From NCBI GenBank assembly GCA_963691875.1, contig OY829846.1, forward strand, positions 4,384,001 to 4,448,000: a stretch of 64,000 bases of DNA. Direction: 5' to 3'. A program made the position numbers and the translations under genes. The stretch is from Aureliella sp. Its GTDB lineage: Bacteria; Planctomycetota; Planctomycetia; Pirellulales; Pirellulaceae. The notes below the pieces were generated by a model. It was not told the DNA's origin. It worked only from the letters and a program-made list of their open reading frames with translations, and made no database searches. The number at the start of each line of letters is the position of its first letter. Within the stretch, counting starts at the first letter, position 1. Below, piece by piece: positions 9,547 through 18,883 of this stretch.

Positions 9547-10755
9547 TTATTTGGAGACGTCTAGTTGCACGTTTATCCTTAGTTCTCGGTTGAGAGCGCC
9601 GCTCGTCTTGATCACGACTTGACCACTGGATTCCGAACTTCGGCCATCGAAATGAGTTTCAGGTGCGTCTTTAGGCACAACGAAATGGAGCGGGTAATGA
9701 ATCCGTTTTGCCGTCTCCGTTGGTCTACCAATCTCGACTCGAAGCGCCTCAGATGGAGAAACGGATAGAACTTCAGGAATGATATCCTTCTTGTTGTCAC
9801 CTTGGATGAAGAGGCTGATAGAGACTTTGCGCCCTTCGCTTTGGCTGATGTTTCCCATCTTTACCAAATTGCGATCTGGAAGAAAGGATGGTCCTCCAGC
9901 AAGTTGAAGAGATCCGATAGCGCGACCTCTTACCGGGATTTCCAGGACTCCAATTTTTTCCTCACGATTGGTACGAAGCTGGATATTTGCGCCGAGGCTT
10001 CCGAGTGGCATGCCAGGTTTGAGCTTGAATTTGATCTCGTAAGCACCAACAGCGTTCTTGTGATCTGGATCGGTGATTTCGGATACATCAATTTGAGAGT
10101 GTGTCAGTTCTACGAGCTTGTCGGTCGAGTCATCGGTCCAGTTCAGTTTCAGCGTGTCGATGTCTTCCGAATACGTATAAACCATCAACTTCCGCTCCGT
10201 GACTTCGGTGTCGGAAATGCTATCCAGCCTTAGGACCCGAGGAACGACCGAGATGACTTCGGTGATTTGTCCGAAAATCGAAAGCTTGATTTCGGGGTTA
10301 TGGACATCGGTAGTCTTGATATTGGCGTATTGGCCAAAGTCACGGGTGACGGATTTCGCACTCCAAGTCAACGTGACATCCGTTTCTTCGCCCGGCTGTA
10401 AAACTGTCTTGTCGAGTTCTCCAACGGTGCATTTGCAACTGGAGTCACCCATTTCGAGCAGCAATGGCGCATCGCCTGCATTGCGAAAACGGAAGTCGTG
10501 ACTCATTTCAGTGCCGTGAAGCATCGAGCCGAAATCGTACTCATCGTCACCGACTACTTCTGCCTTCGGTTGGCCAGTGCCACTAGTCTGCTGCAAAACC
10601 TCCTCTTCCGTCGCTTCCCTCTTACGCATCGCCAACGAGGGGCGATAGGTTGAGAAACGCTCTTCACTCGAGTTGATGGAAAGGGAGGCTTGAACCATCC
10701 CCATCCCAATTCCAAGACCAGCGAACACGCATGCGACGATGATGGATTTCAACAT
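9547..10755 (-). CDS. DUF1573 (Ig-like) domain membrane-anchored protein
   Basis: YDFGSM...HDFRFRNAGDAPL...SSCKCT...LQPGEET signature after an N-terminal hydrophobic helix. Start moved to ATG 10755. Confidence 0.85.
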   Translation of the reverse strand: MLKSIIVACVFAGLGIGMGMVQASLSINSSEERFSTYRPSLAMRKREATEEEVLQQTSGTGQPKAEVVGDDEYDFGSMLHGTEMSHDFRFRNAGDAPLLLEMGDSSCKCTVGELDKTVLQPGEETDVTLTWSAKSVTRDFGQYANIKTTDVHNPEIKLSIFGQITEVISVVPRVLRLDSISDTEVTERKLMVYTYSEDIDTLKLNWTDDSTDKLVELTHSQIDVSEITDPDHKNAVGAYEIKFKLKPGMPLGSLGANIQLRTNREEKIGVLEIPVRGRAIGSLQLAGGPSFLPDRNLVKMGNISQSEGRKVSISLFIQGDNKKDIIPEVLSVSPSEALRVEIGRPTETAKRIHYPLHFVVPKDAPETHFDGRSSESSGQVVIKTSGALNRELRINVQLDVSK

Positions 10756-10889
10756 GGCAAAAAGACTATGAGCTAAAGAGTTGGGAATGGTTTCACAGCA
10801 AAACAGGATAAAGCCAAGAGCATGTTTGCGGCTTTTTAGCTTAGGACATGTGCACACCGAATCGATCGATGCTGCAGAATCTATCGTCC

Positions 10890-13244
10890 TCACTGCTGAG
10901 CACTCAATTTGCTACGGATCCATTCTATCAAAGGTTCTGCATTTACCGTCGGTTGTTCGCCAATCCAGACATCCGCTGGCAAAGCGGGAAACGGAAAGCG
11001 AATCTGTTGGTCGCCCGGAAGCGTGGTTCGGTGTCGGCCCAGTTTTTTGTCTTGGTGAGGCGTGGTCTCGCTGAGTTGAATTGCTCGGTCAAGTTCGGTC
11101 ACGGCCACTGCCAGATCGCCAGTCCATGCAGCGATCGCCGAAAGCTGCACTCGGAGTTCCACACTGGTCGGGTAAGCACGAATAGCGCTTTCCGCGTACT
11201 CTCTGGCTGCTTGAGTAAATCGTTCCTCCGGCTCGGGCAGTTTTAACTCTGCTGCGCGTGCCGCTAAATCCATGGCGATGTGGCAGGCTAATCGCCAATT
11301 TGGATATCCATGAGAATCTTGTGCCAGCCATTCATCTAGAACCTCCATCGCACGTTTGGAAAGCCTGGGGAATTCTCCTTTGCCACCGGCCGTGGCTTGC
11401 ACGGCAAAGATCTGAGCCAGGCGACTCTTGAGCGTATCGTCTAGCGGGTCAAGCGCAGCGGATTGTTCGTAAAGGTTGGTCTGCTCTCTCGCGGAGGTAG
11501 CTACCAGGGCTTGCTGCGATTTGGCCCAAGCGGCATTCACAGGCCGCCAGGCTTGAAGCACAAAAGCTGCTAAAGCCACAGCTGGCAATACAACAATGCC
11601 CCAGGACGTGTTTCCGCCCTGGCTCTGATGACTGGCTGTCGGTGTAGCTGACGCTAGAAGCACCACGAGTGGAATAGCCAAACCGCTGGCTTGCCACGAG
11701 CCGCTTGCCAGCAAGCAAATCAAGACTGCAATCGCGCCAGCTGCGATTTTCTGCGAGCCGTTTTTCAAGGCTTCCTTTAAGAGCGGCCAAGCGGCAAAGA
11801 TCAACCCTGCAGAAATACTCCACAGCAAAAGTGTGATCAGCAGATCTTGCCTCTTCAGTAACGACAAAAGAGCGATGCACACGAACCCGCCGATTGCGGT
11901 ACGGATAAAGAATGTACTCGCAGATGAATCTGAAGGTTTGGACTGTGTGTCTCCGGCTGATTCCGAGTCCGAAATTTTGGTCGCTCTAAGCAAACCTATG
12001 AACCAGCCAGCTAGACCAAGCAACGTGCAGAGCAACAAGGGCACTCCCAGAGTAGCGGCCAGATCAAAAATCCAATTGTGCGGATCTGCGATCTCCTCGC
12101 TCGCAACGGGAAGCTTGTACTGCGGGTAGTAGGACTGGAAGTTACCGAGTCCGACTCCGGTCAACGCATGATCCTGAATCATCGCCGAAGTGCTTTCCCA
12201 GTACTCGAGACGGTAACCCAAGCTTTTCTGGGCTTCCTGGAATACAACGTTGTCATAGAACCAAAGGGTGAGCAGTCCAACAAGAAATAACAGGCCGAAT
12301 ACAACTCCGGCCGCAATTAGCTTTCCGCGACCGATACGCAGGCTGACGGAGGAAGTGAAGCTGAGTAAAAGTAGACTCGCGATGCCAATCGCGACACCGA
12401 CGTAAGCAGTTCGGCTGAGGGTGAGGAACCAACAGATGAGGACGATAACACTGATCGACGCTGTAGCGCCAAGAGCGACCTTTGCGCGTCCAGTGAAGAG
12501 CCAGTCTTTGTGCAACGACATATCCAGTGCGACTCCGCCCAGCAAGACGAGGGCAGCAGAAAGCAGAGTCGCCAGTGAATTCGCCAGTGCGAAAGTCGAA
12601 TTGGGCTCGGAGCTGTACAAGCGGCTTTCTAGCCGAGCTCGTTGCGGCGATCCCTGGGGTGCTACCATGTCAGGAATGGAAGCAATGACTCCGTCTGGAT
12701 CTGCTTCATAGGCGGCGCGTATTTCCGGGAATACAACGGACACTTGATAAAGCCCTTGCAAGGACAAGGCTATCGAGCCTATCAGCAGCAGGCCGACTAT
12801 CGCCGTCCTGGTGTTCAGTTTTCTCGCGAGCATGGCGCTGCAGCAGAGACAGCTCGCAATGGAGGTAACCTGCCAAAATCCATACCATCCACGGCGCGGA
12901 CTGTTTTCGTGAGCGGCTGTGAATGTACTCCAAAGTAAGCAGCCCAAGATCACTAGGCCGAGTCCCCAAGTCCAGCGGCTGCAATGAAATCCTCCTCGAA
13001 ATTTGGCGAGCAGCGCGAAGAGCAGGCCGCTTGTGAGCCAACCCAAGTTCTGAGCCAGAGCTTGACCTTCGAAAACACTGGTCGCATCGACCGGGTCGAG
13101 GAAGGACCAAATGACAAGGGTGGCGAACAGGCCGGTTGCAAGGGATTCCAGATTCAAAAGCCAGGGCATGGTGGCTTGAGAATCAGCATTCTCATCCTGC
13201 TGCGATTCAGTAAGTGGCGTCTTGCTTGTTTTGGACCTGCCCAT
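10890..13244 (-). CDS. O-antigen ligase (Wzy_C) family membrane protein with TPR-like C-terminus
   Basis: Many TM helices, LTLSRTA, RLEYW...GVGLGNF...DPHNW. Start moved to ATG 13244. Confidence 0.88.
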   Translation of the reverse strand: MGRSKTSKTPLTESQQDENADSQATMPWLLNLESLATGLFATLVIWSFLDPVDATSVFEGQALAQNLGWLTSGLLFALLAKFRGGFHCSRWTWGLGLVILGCLLWSTFTAAHENSPRRGWYGFWQVTSIASCLCCSAMLARKLNTRTAIVGLLLIGSIALSLQGLYQVSVVFPEIRAAYEADPDGVIASIPDMVAPQGSPQRARLESRLYSSEPNSTFALANSLATLLSAALVLLGGVALDMSLHKDWLFTGRAKVALGATASISVIVLICWFLTLSRTAYVGVAIGIASLLLLSFTSSVSLRIGRGKLIAAGVVFGLLFLVGLLTLWFYDNVVFQEAQKSLGYRLEYWESTSAMIQDHALTGVGLGNFQSYYPQYKLPVASEEIADPHNWIFDLAATLGVPLLLCTLLGLAGWFIGLLRATKISDSESAGDTQSKPSDSSASTFFIRTAIGGFVCIALLSLLKRQDLLITLLLWSISAGLIFAAWPLLKEALKNGSQKIAAGAIAVLICLLASGSWQASGLAIPLVVLLASATPTASHQSQGGNTSWGIVVLPAVALAAFVLQAWRPVNAAWAKSQQALVATSAREQTNLYEQSAALDPLDDTLKSRLAQIFAVQATAGGKGEFPRLSKRAMEVLDEWLAQDSHGYPNWRLACHIAMDLAARAAELKLPEPEERFTQAAREYAESAIRAYPTSVELRVQLSAIAAWTGDLAVAVTELDRAIQLSETTPHQDKKLGRHRTTLPGDQQIRFPFPALPADVWIGEQPTVNAEPLIEWIRSKLSAQQ

Positions 13245-13245
13245 C

Positions 13246-14358
13246 CTATTCGTCCCGGCCGACACTCTCGAGGACGTGAACAAGACCGAGAACCAGCAAA
13301 GTGCCAGCTGTGATGATAATCGCGCCGGCAAAATCAACCCGTGGCAGCAGCAGCGCGCTTAGAGAACAAGTTGCTGTAGCAAGGTAGATCGTCAAAACTG
13401 CCTGCTTCTTTGTCATGCCTAGATCAACGAGGCGATGCGAAAAGTGCCGCTTGTCGGCTTCAAAGGGACTTCGGCCTTCACGCAATCGAATCAGAATCAC
13501 ACTAATCATGTCGTAGAGCGGAATGGCCATCACGATTAGAGGTGCGAGCACGGCGTGCTGCGTTGTGCCTTGATAATTGGTGTAAGTTGCCAGTAACGTC
13601 CCTACTGCAATCCAGAATCCAATGAAATAACTACCTGCATCACCCATAAAGATCTTTGCTGGCGGCCAGTTGTGATAAAGAAAGCCAATCAGTGCACCAA
13701 CCAGAACCAACAGCATGGCCGCGACGAAAATTTGTGGCTGGGAATTGCTCAGCAAAAGCATCAACGCCAGCATGCTTGTCGAGATCGTCGCCACTCCGCC
13801 ACTGAGGCCGTCCATATTGTCCAGCATGTTGAAGGAGTTGATTAGCGCGACAATCCATATCACACTTAGCAATCCTGTGAGCCAGGGAAGTTCGATGAAG
13901 GCGGTGAGTTGTAAGCCTTGCCAGTAGACACAGAAAGCTGCAACGGAAAATTCAACACCCAAGCGAATCCACCACTTGATCCCCTTGCGGTCGTCGGCAA
14001 GCCCGAGCAGCATAAGAATGGTTCCGCAGCCTGCGATCACCCAGATCTCACTAATCTTGTCGACAAGTCCCGCAAAGTTAGCGGAAATACTCTCAGGGAA
14101 GTAAGCGGCAAGCGATTCACTACTGGACACAACAAGAACAGCGATCGTTCCAGCTAGAAGCGAGCCCATGACTCCGGCCCAGATACCTAGCCCACCACCA
14201 AGCGGTATGGGAGTTGTATGAACTTTCCGTGCACCGGGTTTGTCGAGCAACCCGAGCTTTTCAGCCGAGCGTCGTACAATCCCAACTGAAACTACCGAGA
14301 TCAGAAGGCTAGGCAGCAAAACTGCGATCAGGAATACTGCTAAGGCCCAGCCACTCAA
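13246..14358 (-). CDS. WecA/TagO-like undecaprenyl-phosphate N-acetylhexosamine-1-phosphate transferase (MraY family)
   Basis: DKPGARKVH, GLADD, NSFNMLDNMDGL, FMGDAGS, DKRHFSHRL. Confidence 0.93.
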   Translation of the reverse strand: MSGWALAVFLIAVLLPSLLISVVSVGIVRRSAEKLGLLDKPGARKVHTTPIPLGGGLGIWAGVMGSLLAGTIAVLVVSSSESLAAYFPESISANFAGLVDKISEIWVIAGCGTILMLLGLADDRKGIKWWIRLGVEFSVAAFCVYWQGLQLTAFIELPWLTGLLSVIWIVALINSFNMLDNMDGLSGGVATISTSMLALMLLLSNSQPQIFVAAMLLVLVGALIGFLYHNWPPAKIFMGDAGSYFIGFWIAVGTLLATYTNYQGTTQHAVLAPLIVMAIPLYDMISVILIRLREGRSPFEADKRHFSHRLVDLGMTKKQAVLTIYLATATCSLSALLLPRVDFAGAIIITAGTLLVLGLVHVLESVGRDE

Positions 14359-14422
14359 GATTGTTTACTCCATGTGAATTTCATGATGTGGATCCAACGC
14401 CTTGAAATGGGCGTTAGACGAT

Positions 14423-15007
14423 TCACTCGCTTGCAGATTCTCGTATGTCCGCAATTCGGGACTTCAACAGTTCGCGGGCTTCTTCGAAAAACGATTGAAA
14501 GTCGTCGCGTTGGTAGTCCGGGTAGGTCCAAGGTCTCCCGTTCCAGCGGCGATTCAAATAGTACAGGCACTCTTCGGCGTAGATGCCGCCCGATAGGTAA
14601 ATCCGGTGAGCCCTATCTTTGGCGCTGGCCAAAACCAACTTCGTCAGCGTAATGTAGCCCGGATCAATGTTTACGGGGCGGTGGTCGGGATAGTTCGAGG
14701 ATTTGGCTAGGGCGAGTTCCCATTGGTTGCTTTGTAACTTGTGTTCCGCAAGTTTTGCAGGCTCATAGAAGCCGTGCTCACGCCCACAAGCGTCGTTACT
14801 TTGGATAATCACGAATTGCTTTTGCAGTTCCTCGCCCATCTCTCGCGAATAATAACTCGTTTCAGAATGATCGAAGCAGGGGCTGACCAAGGCGAGATCG
14901 CCCCAGTTCTCAGCGATACGCTGTCGCCCCCACTCGATCGCTGCAGGGTAGCGGCTGAACACCGCCACCAACTGCAGCGTCAGCGGAGGTGCCTTGGGCT
15001 CAGCCAT
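14423..15007 (-). CDS. DUF4416 family protein
   Basis: TSYYSREMG, RPVNIDPGY, HRIYL and WTYPDY signature. Lies directly downstream of proS. Confidence 0.85.
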   Translation of the reverse strand: MAEPKAPPLTLQLVAVFSRYPAAIEWGRQRIAENWGDLALVSPCFDHSETSYYSREMGEELQKQFVIIQSNDACGREHGFYEPAKLAEHKLQSNQWELALAKSSNYPDHRPVNIDPGYITLTKLVLASAKDRAHRIYLSGGIYAEECLYYLNRRWNGRPWTYPDYQRDDFQSFFEEARELLKSRIADIRESASE

Positions 15008-15011
15008 CAGA

Positions 15012-16529
15012 TCAATAAGCCTTGGCGAACACAGCCTTTTTCGCAGCTGGTTTGCCGGTCAAGAAGCAGGTTCCAGGTTCATCATTATTCTCAAGCGGGA
15101 TATTACGAATCGTAACCTTGAGTTCATTCAGCAGTGGCTGCACTTCTTCCTCAGAGGAGAAATAGCAATGTGCAAAGCCAGCGTGAATCTCAGGGTTCTT
15201 AACATCTTTCGGAGTGAAGTAAGCTCGGAAGTCGGCTTCGTTGGTAATTTCAGTTGTATTTTCCTCACGCATCTTGAGAGCACGCTGGAATAAGTTGTCT
15301 TGGATGCTAGCTAAGATATTTGTTGCTTCGCTGAGCAGCTCCGCTCGAGGTATGCTGCTTTGCTCGCCGGTGTTGCGACGAGCCATGAAAACGGCATCTT
15401 TGGCAATGTCCTTTGGCCCGACTTCGATTCGGATTGGAACACCACGTTTCACGTGATGCCATTTTTTCTCGCCGCCACGCAGGTCACGATCATCGATCTC
15501 GATCTCTAGAACTCGTCCGCCGTAAACTTGCGTTTCAAGCTCGGCTTTCAGATTGTTGCAGTATTTCAGCACTTCGGCGCGTTGTGAGTCGTCGCGATAG
15601 ATCGGCAAGATGACTGCGTGAGCTGGAGCTATCCGAGGCGGAATGACCATGCCGTCGTCGTCGGCGTGTGTCATGATGAGTGCACCGATCAGTCGGGTAC
15701 TGACGCCCCAGGAAGTTGTCCACGCATGAGAGACATTGCCGTCTTGATCTTGGAAGCTAATGTCTTGAGCCTTGGCGAAGTTCTGACCAAGAAAGTGACT
15801 GGTGCCAGCTTGCAAAGCCTTTCGGTCCTGCATCATGGCCTCGATGGAAACCGTCATGTCCGCACCAGGAAATCTTTCGCCAGCGGTTTTTTCGCCTTTG
15901 ATTACTGGTACAGCCATTTGCTCTTCGGCGAACTGAGCGTACACGTCGAGCATCTGATAGGTCTCGTCGACCGCTTCTTGTTCGGTTGCGTGGACAGTGT
16001 GGCCTTCTTGCCATAGGAACTCGGCCGTACGCAGGAACAATCGTGTCCGCATTTCCCAGCGAACGACGTTGGCCCATTGATTGATCTTGATTGGGAGATC
16101 ACGATAGGACTGCACCCACTTGGCGTACATCGCACCAATGATCGTTTCACTGGTTGGTCGCACGATGAGCGGTTCTTCGAGCGGTCCAGCTGGTCGCAAC
16201 CCCGTTCCATCGGGGTTGGGTTCAAGTCGATGGTGTGTGACGACGGCGCACTCTTTTGCAAAACCCTCGACGTGTTCCGCTTCCTTTTCTAGGAAGCTCA
16301 TTGGAATGAACAGCGGGAAGTATGCATTCTGATGCCCCGTGTCTTTGAACATTTTGTCCAGTCCACGCTGCATGTTCTCCCAAAGCGTGTAACCCCAAGG
16401 CTTGATGACCATGCAGCCACGCACGGGTGAATTTTCGGCCAAGTCCGCGTTCTTGATGACCTGTTGATACCACTCTGGGTAATCTTCTTGCCGAGTTGGC
16501 GTGATCGCAGTCTTTGCTTTCTTGTTCAT
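15012..16529 (-). CDS. proS: Proline--tRNA ligase, archaeal/eukaryote-like type
   Basis: RPTSET, QWANVVRWE, FLWQEGHT, QAGTSHFLGQNF, SWGVSTRLIG and C-terminal AKAY. No INS editing domain. Confidence 0.97.
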   Translation of the reverse strand: MNKKAKTAITPTRQEDYPEWYQQVIKNADLAENSPVRGCMVIKPWGYTLWENMQRGLDKMFKDTGHQNAYFPLFIPMSFLEKEAEHVEGFAKECAVVTHHRLEPNPDGTGLRPAGPLEEPLIVRPTSETIIGAMYAKWVQSYRDLPIKINQWANVVRWEMRTRLFLRTAEFLWQEGHTVHATEQEAVDETYQMLDVYAQFAEEQMAVPVIKGEKTAGERFPGADMTVSIEAMMQDRKALQAGTSHFLGQNFAKAQDISFQDQDGNVSHAWTTSWGVSTRLIGALIMTHADDDGMVIPPRIAPAHAVILPIYRDDSQRAEVLKYCNNLKAELETQVYGGRVLEIEIDDRDLRGGEKKWHHVKRGVPIRIEVGPKDIAKDAVFMARRNTGEQSSIPRAELLSEATNILASIQDNLFQRALKMREENTTEITNEADFRAYFTPKDVKNPEIHAGFAHCYFSSEEEVQPLLNELKVTIRNIPLENNDEPGTCFLTGKPAAKKAVFAKAY

Positions 16530-16755
16530 TCTTTAAAGCCAATCCGAGTTGAAATTATTCTGCTGGCCGAGGATTCTAATTCAAATGCGAGAATCCGTTT
16601 AGGCCAAGTTGTTAGTGCTGGAGGTAGCTATAATCTCCGATCGTGTCGAACGCCTCAGTCACCCACCTTTTCTGCGGGCACGCGGAAGTTGTCGAGCAGT
16701 GAGAGGTGATCTACCTGCCACGATGCCCACCAAACCACAAGCCATGTGAGAACCC

Positions 16756-17688
16756 ATGCTTAGTCACACGCTTTCGAAACTGCTGATTTTCCTGTTGTTG
16801 GTCAGTGCTGCAGCCAATTCGCTTAGAGCTGAAGACTACCTAGTTTTTTACCTGGGCGGGCAGTCGAACATGGATGGCTACGGCTTCGTGAACCAGCTGC
16901 CCGGCGACTATCAATCAGGAGTACCAGCGGTTCGAATTTTTCACGGCAATACATCGCCGGACAAGAAACCGGTCGACGGTCGCGGTGTATGGGCGACGCT
17001 TGAGCCGGGGCATGGAGTGGGATTCAAGTCTGACGGGAAGCAAAACAATCTATCGAAGCGATTTGGTGTCGAACTCAGTTTTGCCAAACTCATCAGTGAA
17101 TCTCTCCCTGGAAAGAAGATCGCCATCATCAAATACTCGCGTGGTGGTACGTCTATTGATCAGCGAGCCGCCGGTGGGTTCGGGTGCTGGGAGCCAGATT
17201 TTGAACAGGGTGATGGCAACGGAAAGGGAGTCAACCAGTACGATCACTTCCTCGCCACAGTCCGTGGCGCCATGGCAAGTCGTGATATTGATGGCGATGG
17301 TGAAGACGACAAATTGATTCCGGCTGGCATTCTCTGGATGCAAGGGGAATCCGACGCAGCACGTAGCATTGAAGTAGCTGATGCTTACGAAGCTAACTTG
17401 AAGCGATTATTGGACCTTATTCGTGCGGCTCTGCACACAGATGATCTGCCGGTTGTTATTGGTCGTATCTCGGATTCAGGAAACGACAAGAAGGATGGTC
17501 GCGTCTGGGACTGGGGCGATCGCGTCCGCAAAGCTCAAGCAGATTTCGTAACCAAAGATGGCTACGCCGCCCTCGTGACCACCACTGATGACTACGGCTA
17601 TAGCGATCCATGGCATTATGACACCGCTGGCTATCTCGATCTCGGTAAACAGTTTGCAGAACAGATGCTTGGTCTGATCAATCGATAG
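16756..17688 (+). CDS. Secreted sialate O-acetylesterase (SASA) / CE6-like carbohydrate esterase
   Basis: Signal peptide, GQSNM nucleophile motif, WMQGESDA and DPWH. Confidence 0.88.
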   Translation: MLSHTLSKLLIFLLLVSAAANSLRAEDYLVFYLGGQSNMDGYGFVNQLPGDYQSGVPAVRIFHGNTSPDKKPVDGRGVWATLEPGHGVGFKSDGKQNNLSKRFGVELSFAKLISESLPGKKIAIIKYSRGGTSIDQRAAGGFGCWEPDFEQGDGNGKGVNQYDHFLATVRGAMASRDIDGDGEDDKLIPAGILWMQGESDAARSIEVADAYEANLKRLLDLIRAALHTDDLPVVIGRISDSGNDKKDGRVWDWGDRVRKAQADFVTKDGYAALVTTTDDYGYSDPWHYDTAGYLDLGKQFAEQMLGLINR

Positions 17689-17705
17689 TTTCGGTGCTTA
17701 GTGAG

Positions 17706-18536
17706 CTAGGGCTTTTCTTTTTTCTCAATGGTGGGCTTAAACTTCTCTGCGTTGAAGCTGATTTTACCGAGGTCATTTATGCCGGGTTTGAGATCGAACT
17801 CAATTCGGCCTTTGGGCCAACTTGCTGATTTGCCATCTAGCTCACCGCAATCCATCGACTTGACTGAGTGCTCATGCCAGAGTCTGAATGTAAGCTTACC
17901 GACAGGACGATCTTGGATCTCGATTATTCCACTTTCGTTCGATATTCCGACGTACGGATGAGCCAGGACGACAATGTAAGCTTTCATCCATGGGTGGATG
18001 TCGCATTCGATTGGAATCGGCACGGGCTCCGCTCTGCGTAAGAGTTGTTTCCTCTCGCATCCGATCGGGATCAGGGGCCCTGATGTTGAATTATTAACCC
18101 AGCTAAAGTTGGCGTTGTGTCCTATTTTGTCGCTGTTCTTCTCTACGATAGTGTCGCCAGCCATGGTGCTGAGGATATGCGGCACGAAGCGACAATCTCT
18201 TGCTTCAAGAACATGCTTCGCTGGCTTTCTTTGTGAAAAGTCAGGCAGTTCCATCTTGGTGCGGCGCGTGTCGAGATACATCACAACGTTCTGAATCTGC
18301 CGTTTCTCATTGACAATGAGAGACTCGGACAAGATCTCGCACTCTGCGCAAAACGGCTCTTTAGTACCTTCGGTCTTTGGGCGTATAGGATTTGGGCCAT
18401 CGAACAAAAATTGCACCTTGAGATGAGCGCGAGAAGTTTCTCGCGATTCCTGGGTAGGCTCAGATGCAAGTGTTTTGCTTGAAGGAAATGCTGAGGTGAG
18501 CGTCAGTAGAGCGAAAAAACATCGCGGAACGATCAT
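17706..18536 (-). CDS. Secreted cupredoxin-like protein (paralog of 37605-38474)
   Basis: Signal peptide, CRFVPH, GHNANF and CDIHPWM. Collinear with the protein at 37605-38474. Confidence 0.75.
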   Translation of the reverse strand: MIVPRCFFALLTLTSAFPSSKTLASEPTQESRETSRAHLKVQFLFDGPNPIRPKTEGTKEPFCAECEILSESLIVNEKRQIQNVVMYLDTRRTKMELPDFSQRKPAKHVLEARDCRFVPHILSTMAGDTIVEKNSDKIGHNANFSWVNNSTSGPLIPIGCERKQLLRRAEPVPIPIECDIHPWMKAYIVVLAHPYVGISNESGIIEIQDRPVGKLTFRLWHEHSVKSMDCGELDGKSASWPKGRIEFDLKPGINDLGKISFNAEKFKPTIEKKEKP

Positions 18537-18708
18537 GGATTGTTTCTCAGGTGGAAAGGTATCTTGCCTGCCTTGCCTGAACCAACATTGGGATGAAACT
18601 GCAGCAGGTAAGCCATTTTCGTTTCAATCTATCACACTGGCTTTTCTACAATCGATTTTCTTATACTCAGCTATTGCTGATTCTGAGGCCGGAGTCATAA
18701 TTAACTGC

Positions 18709-18789
18709 ATGAACAACAACTTTCCCGCTTTTACTTACTTTTTTGGCTTTGGACCGTACTTTAGTTCCGGGGCTGTGCAGAGTATGTAA
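18709..18789 (+). CDS. Putative Phe/Tyr-rich attenuator leader peptide of aroF (MNNNFPAFTYFFGFGPYFSSGAVQSM)
   Basis: 26-codon uORF with 6 Phe (all TTT) and 2 Tyr within codons 5-18. It precedes a terminator and the DAHP synthase gene. Confidence 0.85.
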   Translation: MNNNFPAFTYFFGFGPYFSSGAVQSM

Positions 18790-18823
18790 GTGCTGAATAG
18801 ACACGGAAAACTCCCAGCCCCGG
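18767..18823 (+). promoter_or_regulatory. Antiterminator pairing of the aroF attenuator
   Basis: CCGGGGCTG (18767-18775, inside the uORF) is the exact reverse complement of CAGCCCCGG (18815-18823), which overlaps the terminator 5' arm. Confidence 0.8.
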
Positions 18824-18847
18824 TGAAAAACTCACCGGGGTTTTTTT
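18818..18847 (+). terminator. Intrinsic terminator (attenuator) upstream of aroF
   Basis: Perfect 9-bp stem CCCCGGTGA/TCACCGGGG with an AAAAC loop and T7, ending 36 nt before the aroF ATG. Confidence 0.9.
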
Positions 18848-18883
18848 GTATCACTAGCCAATTTCAACCACCGAGAAAACCCG

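Noticed and set aside
16530..16755. T-box upstream of proS
   Set aside because: No T-box consensus or terminator recognised.
18475..18708. 104-aa ORF 18475-18789 and ORF 18790-19113 as real genes
   Set aside because: They overlap neighbouring genes and show no motifs. Only the last 26 codons from ATG 18709 fit a function.
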